A stretch of 35,174 bases of DNA from Thermoleophilia bacterium (GTDB lineage Bacteria; Actinomycetota; Thermoleophilia; Gaiellales; Gaiellaceae). The notes beneath the pieces are model-generated. The model saw only the letters and a program-made list of their open reading frames with translations. It searched no databases and was not told the origin of the DNA. The translations under genes and the position numbers were made by a program. The stretch covers positions 1-35,174 of the forward strand of contig JACVRM010000001.1 in assembly GCA_014534415.1 (NCBI GenBank), in the 5' to 3' direction. This document shows, piece after piece, positions 16,420 to 22,752 of the stretch; within the stretch, counting starts at the first letter, position 1; each line of letters opens with the position of its first letter.

Positions 16420-16841
16420 GGCTCGTCCCGCGCGAGGATGCGCAGGCCGGCGTGGCGATCGCCCGCACGCCTTCTCAGGCGCGCGGCCAGCGCCGGCACG
16501 GCCACTGCCTCGACGTAGCCGACGAGCGGCACGAGCGCGAGGACTGCGCCGCCGAGCGCGACGAGCGTGACGAGCAGTGCCGTTCCGCCGCGCGTCCCGC
16601 CGCGGCGCAGCGTCCCCGACACGACGGGGCCGGCACCCGCGCCCCCGAGCAGCCCTCCCACCGCGCCGCCGACCGCCTCGTCCCAGCCGGCCAGGAGCAG
16701 CGCCACGCCGGCTGCGCCGGCTGCGGCGAGCAGCGACGCGACAACGGCGGCGCCGCGAACACCGGCGAGCGAGCCCGCGAACGCCACCCCGAGGCTCGCA
16801 CCGAGGCCCGCAAACAGCCCGATCGTGTAGACGTCGCCCAC
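16416..16841 (-). CDS. Gly/Ala-rich small membrane protein (141 aa), hypothetical
   Basis: GTG 16841 gives VGDVYTIGLFAGLGASLGVAFAGSLAG... with about 4 TM helices. The track's 353-aa version runs through the E2 gene in an Arg-rich junk frame. Confidence 0.55.
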   Translation of the reverse strand: MGDVYTIGLFAGLGASLGVAFAGSLAGVRGAAVVASLLAAAGAAGVALLLAGWDEAVGGAVGGLLGGAGAGPVVSGTLRRGGTRGGTALLVTLVALGGAVLALVPLVGYVEAVAVPALAARLRRRAGDRHAGLRILARDEP

Positions 16842-16927
16842 CGCCGGCCAGTGTAGAGCGTGCCTCGTTCGGCGCTCAGCGCGCACGGGCCGGCCCGCAC
16901 GCGACGGACGCGGTGGACGGCGAGGCG

Positions 16928-18049
16928 CTAAGCGTCCCCGCCGCCCGGACCGCCGCTCTCGAGCCGGCGAATGACCGCAAGCCCGAACTCGGCGGCGCGA
17001 GCGCCGTCGACGACACGGTGGTCGAACGTCAGCGCCACATGGCCGACCGGCGCCACGAGCACCTGACCGTCGCGCACGACCGGGCGCGGGGCGACGCGGC
17101 CGACGCTCAGGATCGCCACCTCGGGGTGGTTCACGATCGGCGTCTGGAAGAGGCCCGCCGCTCTGCCGGCGCTCGTCACCGTGAAGGTGGAGCCGCGCAG
17201 CTCCTCCGGCTTGAGCGAGCCGGCGCGCGCACCCTCGGCGAGTCGGCCGACCTCGGCGGCGAGCTCCTCGAGCGGCCGGGAATCGCAGCCGCGGACGACC
17301 GGAACGACGAGCCCGGCGTCCGTCTGCACGGCCACGCCGAGGTCGTAGCGGTCGAGATAGACGATCTCGTCGCCTTCCAGGCGCGCGTTGAGCTCCGGGA
17401 ACTCCCGCAACGACAGTGCGCACGCGCGCAGGAGCATCGGGACGAGCAGCTTGAGGTCGACCCGGCTGAAGTCGCACTCCTCGACCCAGGTCACCGGCGG
17501 CACCTCGCGGTGTGCGCGCGCCATGTGCTCGGCGATCAGCCGGCGCACGCCGCGCAGCGGCTCGCGGCGGCCTTCCGCGGGGGCGACGCCGCCGGCCGCG
17601 CCGCGGACGTCCGCTTCCGTGATGCGGCCCTGCGGCCCGGTTCCCTCGACCTCCGCGAGGTCGACGCCGAGCTCGTGCGCCAGCCGGCGGACGAGCGGGG
17701 TCGCACGAACCTTGTCCGCCCGATCCCGCTGCGCCGTGACGGGTGACGCGGGAGCCGCCTGCTGCTGCGGGGCCGACTCGGCCCGCGGCTGCTCGTCCTC
17801 ACCGGCCGGCGCGCCGTCGCCGATCACGACGAGCACCGTCCCGACCGCCACGACGTCACCCTCCCCGACGAGAATCCGTCTCACCGTCCCGGCCGCGGGC
17901 GACGGGATCTCGACCGTGGTCTTGTCCGTCTGGATCTCCACGAGCGGGTCGTCCTCGGCGACGTCCTGGCCCTCGGAGACGAGCCAGCGCGCGATCTCGC
18001 CCTCCGTCAGCCCCTCGCCGAGATCCGGCAGCTTGAACTCGTAGGCCAC
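16928..18049 (-). CDS. Dihydrolipoamide acyltransferase (E2) of a 2-oxoacid dehydrogenase complex
   Basis: GTG 18049: VAYEFKLPDLGEGLTEGEI..W.V.EGD.V..D.PLVEIQTDKTTVEIPSP (lipoyl domain with the DK motif). A PSBD (ATPLVRRLAHELGVDL) follows, then a catalytic domain ending LTFDHRVVDGARAAEF. Confidence 0.92.
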   Translation of the reverse strand: MAYEFKLPDLGEGLTEGEIARWLVSEGQDVAEDDPLVEIQTDKTTVEIPSPAAGTVRRILVGEGDVVAVGTVLVVIGDGAPAGEDEQPRAESAPQQQAAPASPVTAQRDRADKVRATPLVRRLAHELGVDLAEVEGTGPQGRITEADVRGAAGGVAPAEGRREPLRGVRRLIAEHMARAHREVPPVTWVEECDFSRVDLKLLVPMLLRACALSLREFPELNARLEGDEIVYLDRYDLGVAVQTDAGLVVPVVRGCDSRPLEELAAEVGRLAEGARAGSLKPEELRGSTFTVTSAGRAAGLFQTPIVNHPEVAILSVGRVAPRPVVRDGQVLVAPVGHVALTFDHRVVDGARAAEFGLAVIRRLESGGPGGGDA

Positions 18050-18077
18050 GGCGGCGGAATCTAGCGGCCCGGCCCGC

Positions 18078-18707
18078 TCAGAGCACTCGCGCGCCCGCGG
18101 CGTCGAACGCCTCGACCGTCGCGCCGGCCGCCGCGCTCGCCGCGAACTCCTCGCTGAACAGCGAGAAGACGACGACGTCCCGCGGGCCGCTGCCCGCCGC
18201 ACCGCCCGGAAGGCGCCGTCTCAGCGTTGCCTCCTCGGTGAACCCGAGCTTGCGGGGGATCGCCGCGCTCGGCGCGTTGGGCGGGTCGACGCGTATCTCC
18301 ACGCGGTCGGCTCCGCAGACGGCGAACGCGACGCGCGTGAGGGCGGCGGTCGCTTCCGTCGCGAGGCCGCTACCGGCGCGGCTGGCTCGGATCCAGTAGC
18401 CGATCTCGAAGGCGTCGTCGCCGACGCGCGTGTGCAGTCCCGTGCCGCCGACGACCTCCGACTCGTCCGGGGCAAGGATGCCGTAGACGAAGTCCTCGCC
18501 GAGATCGAAGCGAGCCCGGAACCGGCGCAGGAGCGCCACCTTCTCCTCGAGCGGCTGGGGCTCGGCCTGCGCCCACGGCATCCAGTCGCGCAGGTGATCG
18601 AGGCTCGAGTCGACCGCCTCCTTGAGCAGCGGGGCGTCGCGCGGCTCCCAGCAACGGATGAGCAGGCGCTCGGTACGCACGCGGTAGGGCGGATCGCTAC
18701 GCGCCAC
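18078..18707 (-). CDS. GNAT family N-acetyltransferase (RimJ/RimL-like, Acetyltransf_3)
   Basis: 209 aa. RTERLLIRCWEPRDAPLLKEAVDSSLDHLRDWMPW...EIGYWIRASRAGSGLATEA..AL...AF.....RVEIRVDP.N..S.AIPRKLGF is the typical RimJ-type pattern. Confidence 0.88.
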   Translation of the reverse strand: MARSDPPYRVRTERLLIRCWEPRDAPLLKEAVDSSLDHLRDWMPWAQAEPQPLEEKVALLRRFRARFDLGEDFVYGILAPDESEVVGGTGLHTRVGDDAFEIGYWIRASRAGSGLATEATAALTRVAFAVCGADRVEIRVDPPNAPSAAIPRKLGFTEEATLRRRLPGGAAGSGPRDVVVFSLFSEEFAASAAAGATVEAFDAAGARVL

Positions 18708-18768
18708 GCTCGAACCCTAGGGCCGCGTCTCGGAGTGGGGACCGGGGAGCGTCCCGCCGGAACGTGTT

Positions 18769-18892
18769 CTCCATGGCCTCGACCCCCCGGGCCAGTTCGA
18801 GGGACTGTCCCTCTCGAGCGGCCCGCGGAGACGCGTCCTCCGTGACGAGATCGTGACGAGTCGTCCACACAGGTCGCCGAGCGGCGGGCTAT
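18769..18892 (-). repeat. Copy B of the ~120-nt conserved intergenic element, upstream of the GNAT gene inside the dehydrogenase operon
   Basis: The core (18868->18801) is gtggacgactcgtcacgatctcgtcacggaggacgcgtctccgcgggccgctcgagagggacagtccc. It matches copy A at 40/50 positions in the first 50 nt, ungapped, then has a 1-nt indel. The palindrome GAGGGAC-A-GTCCCTC (18799-18813) stays perfect through paired substitutions. Confidence 0.6.
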
Positions 18893-18973
18893 GCAGCACG
18901 ATTCGCCAGGTTCAGGCGGCGCGCCACCGGGCCAGAGCCCGTGCGTGCCGTCCGCCGCCCGCTGCGCGCGGAC

Positions 18974-20026
18974 CTAGAAGTCGAGCAGCCGCCGGACCGC
19001 CGCGGCTACCCGCTCGACGGACGGCATGTAGGCGTCCTCGATCTGCCAGTACGGGTACGGCACGTCGTAGCCGGTCACGCGCAGCACCGGCCCGCGCAGG
19101 TCGAGGATCGCCTTCTCGGCGAGGATCGCCGCCAGCTCGGCCGCGTAGCCACACGTACGCGGCGCCTCCTGGACGATCACGACGCGGCCCGTCTTGGCCG
19201 CCGACACCAGCAGCGCTTCCTCGTCCAGCGGCTTGAGCGTGCGGACGTCGAGCACCTCGACCGAGGCCTCGCCGGCGAGCGCGTCCGCCGCCTGCTCCGC
19301 CAGCGGCACCATCGAGCCATAACCGACCAGCGTCACGTCGCTGCCCCCGCGCGCCACGCGCGCCTTTCCGAGCGGCACGACGTGCTCGCCCTCCGGTACG
19401 TCACCTCGCATCGTCCGGTAGTGCAGCTTCGGCTCGAGGACGACTACTGGATCCGGCTCGCGAATCGCCGCCGCGAGCAGCCCCTTCGCGTCCGCGGGCG
19501 TCGACGGGATCGCCACCTTCACTCCCGGCGTGTGCGCGTAGTACGCCTCCGGCGAGTCGTCGTGCAGCTCCGGCGCGCGCACGCCACCGCCGTAGGGCAT
19601 CCGCACCGTCAGCGGGAACTCCATGCGCCCTCCGGTGCGCCAGCGATAGCGGCCGACGTGCGTGATGAGCTGGTCGAGCGACGGGTACGAGAACGCGTCG
19701 TACTGCATCTCGCAGACCGGCCGGAAGCCGGCCATGCAGAGGCCGATCGCGGTGCCAATGATCCCCGCCTCGGCGAGCGGCGTGTCGACGCAGCGGTCGG
19801 CGCCGAACCGGTCGCGCAGGCCCGCCGTGGCGCGGAAGACGCCGCCCGCGCGACCGACGTCCTCGCCCATCACCATCACCGAGTCGTCGCGCTCGAGCTC
19901 GACGTGGAAGCAGTCGTTGATCGCCTCCACCAGAGTCAGCTCGCGCGGCCGGCCGTCGCGGCTCACATCCGTACCTTCCGGCAGCGCCTCCGCAGAGACG
20001 GCTTCCGAACGCGCCGTCTCAGCCAC
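18974..20026 (-). CDS. 2-oxoacid (pyruvate/branched-chain) dehydrogenase E1 component, beta subunit
   Basis: LTLVEAINDCFHVELERDDSVMVMGEDVG..GGVFR.T.GL...FG..R..DTPLAE.GI.G.AIG.. is the standard E1-beta sequence. GTG 20026 overlaps the E1-alpha stop by 8 nt. GTG 19966 is an alternative start closer to the family N-terminus. Confidence 0.93.
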   Translation of the reverse strand: MAETARSEAVSAEALPEGTDVSRDGRPRELTLVEAINDCFHVELERDDSVMVMGEDVGRAGGVFRATAGLRDRFGADRCVDTPLAEAGIIGTAIGLCMAGFRPVCEMQYDAFSYPSLDQLITHVGRYRWRTGGRMEFPLTVRMPYGGGVRAPELHDDSPEAYYAHTPGVKVAIPSTPADAKGLLAAAIREPDPVVVLEPKLHYRTMRGDVPEGEHVVPLGKARVARGGSDVTLVGYGSMVPLAEQAADALAGEASVEVLDVRTLKPLDEEALLVSAAKTGRVVIVQEAPRTCGYAAELAAILAEKAILDLRGPVLRVTGYDVPYPYWQIEDAYMPSVERVAAAVRRLLDF

Positions 20027-21086
20027 CGAGCACCCTGCGCAGCTCCGCGAGATCGTCCGCGAACGAGGCCGGTGCGTTCACGAAGGCATGGTCGAAGAGC
20101 AATGACACGTCCGCCGGCGGCTCGCCCTCGGCGTCCGCGATGCCCTGCCGCATCATGTCGGTCGCCTCGGCGCGAATCTGCTGGTCGAGCTCGTCCGTCA
20201 GGACGCCGAGCCGGTCGAGGTAGCCCTTGTAGCGACCGACGCACTCGCCCTTCTTCTCCTGCTCGACGCGCTCGAGGTCGATGTACGCCTTGGGGTCGTC
20301 CGCCGTCGCGTGCGGGGCGGTTCGGTACGTCACGGCCTCGACGAACGTCGGCCCCTCGCCCCGTCGCGCCCGCTCGACCGCCTCGCGCGTCGCCTCGTAG
20401 ACGGCCAGCACGTCGGCACCGTCCACGCGCACGCCCGGGATGCCGTAACCGACCGCCTTGTCCGCGAGCGTCTTCGCACGCGTCTGCGCCTCGAGCGGCG
20501 TCGAGATCGCCCACTGGTTGTTGTTGCAGAGCAGGATCAGCGGCGCGTCCATCACGGCCGCGAAGTTAGCCCCCTCGTGGAACGAGCCCTCCGACGTCGC
20601 GCCGTCGCCGAAGAAGGCGATCGCGCACGCCTGCTCGCCCTTGAGCCGCTTGCCCCACGCGAGCCCCGCCGCATGGGGAACGTGCGTCGCGATCGGCACG
20701 CAGATCGACGCGACGTTGTAGTCGGCGGGGTTCCACCAGCCCGACGGGTGTCCGCGCCACCACTGCAGCACGGTCGCCGCGGGCATCCCACGCAGGATCC
20801 CGATCGCCGACTCGCGATAGCTCGGGAAGATCCAGTCGTCGTCCGAGAGCGCGTAGACCGCCCCCGCCTGCATGGCCTCGTGATTCCAGAAGATCGCGTA
20901 GGTGCCGATGCGACCCTGCCGGTGGAAGACGACCGACCGCTCGTCGTACGTCCGCAGCAGCACGAGTGAGCGGTAGAGCTCGATCAGGTCCTGCTCGTCG
21001 AGCCCTTCGACCTCGCGGTCCGCGATCCCGCCGCCGTCGCCGATCACCCGCCGCAGCTCCGGCTCGGCGTGAAGAACCCGCGCCAT
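20019..21086 (-). CDS. 2-oxoacid dehydrogenase E1 component, alpha subunit (ThDP-dependent)
   Basis: 355 aa. YR.LVLLRTYDER...QGRIG.Y...G.EA.Q.G...AL...DW.FPSYRE...., with the ThDP motif FFGDGATSEGSFHEGANFAAV...LCNNNQWAIS. Confidence 0.93.
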   Translation of the reverse strand: MARVLHAEPELRRVIGDGGGIADREVEGLDEQDLIELYRSLVLLRTYDERSVVFHRQGRIGTYAIFWNHEAMQAGAVYALSDDDWIFPSYRESAIGILRGMPAATVLQWWRGHPSGWWNPADYNVASICVPIATHVPHAAGLAWGKRLKGEQACAIAFFGDGATSEGSFHEGANFAAVMDAPLILLCNNNQWAISTPLEAQTRAKTLADKAVGYGIPGVRVDGADVLAVYEATREAVERARRGEGPTFVEAVTYRTAPHATADDPKAYIDLERVEQEKKGECVGRYKGYLDRLGVLTDELDQQIRAEATDMMRQGIADAEGEPPADVSLLFDHAFVNAPASFADDLAELRRVLGG

Positions 21087-21095
21087 TCCAGCAGG

Positions 21096-21119
21096 AATCT
21101 ACCCGACCCGGCCTAGGAT
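21096..21119. promoter_or_regulatory. Back-to-back -10-like boxes in a 39-bp divergent gap: TAGATT (minus, 21101-21096) and TAGGAT (plus, 21114-21119)
   Basis: TAGGAT is followed by 6 nt and then ATG 21126, the geometry of a leaderless mRNA. TAGATT is followed by 9 nt and then the E1-alpha ATG (21086), giving a leader of about 2-3 nt. There is no room for Shine-Dalgarno leaders. Confidence 0.35.
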
Positions 21120-21125
21120 CCCCGC

Positions 21126-21683
21126 ATGCACGACACGCTCGAGCGCCCGCTTGCGCTGGGCGGTCTGGGCTTTGCAGTCGCCCTCGCACTCTTTGCGGTG
21201 CTCGAAGACGCACGCGCCGACGCATACCTGCTCGGCCTCGCCGCCTTCTTCCTGGTCGCCTTTCTCGGTGCGCTGCGGGCCAGCCTGCGCGCCGTGGAAG
21301 GCGAGACGGCGCCGCTCTCGGCGACGGCGGTGATCGGCGGCTCCGTCGCCGCTGCCGGCTACGCCTTCCTCGCCGCGGCCTACGCCTCCGTCGCGCGTGA
21401 CGAGCTTCGCGAGCCGAACGTCGAGATCGCCGAGTTCGCGTTCTTCGTCTCGTTCCCGCAGGCGGCGGTGCTCGCGGCGGCGGCCACCGCCATGGCGCGA
21501 ACAGGAGTAGTGGCTCGTCCGCTCGGCCTCGCTGGCCAAGCGTTCGTGCCGCTTCAGCTGGGCGCGCCGCTCGTCCTGCTTTCTCCCGGTTCGGACGACT
21601 TCGCGATCGGGCTTGCGCTCGTGCCGTTCTGCGCCTGGGTCGCGGCGACGAGCATTCTGCTCGTGAGACGCCCTCGCGCCTGA
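21126..21683 (+). CDS. Hypothetical polytopic membrane protein (185 aa)
   Basis: ATG start and about 5-6 hydrophobic helices (LGGLGFAVALALFAVL, YLLGLAAFFLVAFLGAL, ...). This is the only coherent frame in the interval. No family recognised. Confidence 0.6.
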   Translation: MHDTLERPLALGGLGFAVALALFAVLEDARADAYLLGLAAFFLVAFLGALRASLRAVEGETAPLSATAVIGGSVAAAGYAFLAAAYASVARDELREPNVEIAEFAFFVSFPQAAVLAAAATAMARTGVVARPLGLAGQAFVPLQLGAPLVLLSPGSDDFAIGLALVPFCAWVAATSILLVRRPRA

Positions 21684-21740
21684 CGGGCCACGCGAACGCG
21701 CCGCGATCTCCGACCGTCCGCCTGCGAGGCGGGACGTCTG

Positions 21741-22643
21741 CTACGCGAGTACCGCCACCGCGTCTCGCTCGGCCTCGAAGACCGCGTGCTCGACGTCGCC
21801 GAGGTCCTCGCCGTCCGCCTGGAGCGGCAGCGGCCGCCCGCTCCGCAGCTCGATCCGGTCGAGGTCGTGGCCGTAGAGGACGTCGGCCGCGCTCGCCTGA
21901 CCTCGCCCACGCAGCGCGTACGCGAGCAGGCGCGGCAGCACGCGGGGCGAAACGGCGCGCGGCGCTACGAGGTCGAGACCGAGCTCGAACCGCGCCCGCG
22001 GCGCCGCGTGGACCGCCAGCGGACCGGCGAAGGTGTACGGGTCGGCGTTGGCGACGAGCGCGAACGCGGCGCGACCGTGCCCGACGATCTCGAGCTCCGG
22101 CTCGAAGCGGCCGCGCCGCTCCCAGAGCAGGCGCGCGACCGTCCAGACGACGTAGGCGTCGCCCGGGCGCCGCCCGTCGCTTCGCCGGCCGCGGCGGTCG
22201 ACGCGCCGGATGAGCTCGGCGTCGAGCCCGATCCCGGCGGAGAACGTGAACCGCCGGCCGTTGACGCGCCCCAGCGAGATGCGGCGGACCGTCCCGCCGT
22301 CGAGCGCCCGGGCGACGGCTCGCGCGGCGTCCACCGGGTCGCGCGGCACGCCCAGCGCGCGCGGTAGCACGTTCGTGCCCCCGCCCGGCACGAACCCGAC
22401 CGGCACGGGGTCTCGCAGTCCGTTCAGCACCTCGTTGAAGCCGCCGTCGCCCGAGAAGACCACCACCGCGTCGAGGTCCCCCCGCAGCACAGCGGCGAGC
22501 TCGGTCGCGTGACCCGGCCGCTCGGTACGCAGCGTCGTCACGTCCGCGACCCGGCGGAGCGCGCGCTCGACGGCCGCCATGGAGTGCTCGGTGACGCGGC
22601 TCGCGAACGGATTCACGATCAAGGCCACGCGCCGCCTCGTCAC
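21741..22643 (-). CDS. Diacylglycerol kinase-family lipid kinase (YegS/DagK-like)
   Basis: RRVALIVNPFAS...., the nucleotide-binding SGDGGFNEVLNGL, and PVGFVPGGGTNVLPRALG are the DAGK_cat signature. 300 aa. Confidence 0.88.
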   Translation of the reverse strand: MTRRRVALIVNPFASRVTEHSMAAVERALRRVADVTTLRTERPGHATELAAVLRGDLDAVVVFSGDGGFNEVLNGLRDPVPVGFVPGGGTNVLPRALGVPRDPVDAARAVARALDGGTVRRISLGRVNGRRFTFSAGIGLDAELIRRVDRRGRRSDGRRPGDAYVVWTVARLLWERRGRFEPELEIVGHGRAAFALVANADPYTFAGPLAVHAAPRARFELGLDLVAPRAVSPRVLPRLLAYALRGRGQASAADVLYGHDLDRIELRSGRPLPLQADGEDLGDVEHAVFEAERDAVAVLA

Positions 22644-22684
22644 GCGCCCAGCGTACTCGCATCGCTGGACCGGGCGGAAAGACA

Positions 22685-22707
22685 GAAGGCCGGCGATGCC
22701 GGCCTTC
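22685..22707 (-). terminator. Intrinsic terminator of the M6 protease gene
   Basis: On the minus strand: GAAGGCCGGC-AUC-GCCGGCCUUC followed by UGUCUUUCC. A second hairpin precedes it (CUCCUC..ACGCGC..GCGCGU..GAGGAG, 22708-22749). Confidence 0.7.
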
Positions 22708-22752
22708 CATCTACCTCCTCACGCGCAAGCGCGCGTGTTGGACGAGGAGTCT

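Noticed and set aside
20566-22710. 714-aa minus-strand ORF spanning E1-alpha, the divergent gap, the membrane-protein gene and the lipid-kinase gene
   Set aside because: It is out of frame with three well-supported genes and is extremely Arg-rich. Its ATG lies inside the M6 terminator hairpin, with an SD only 3 nt away.
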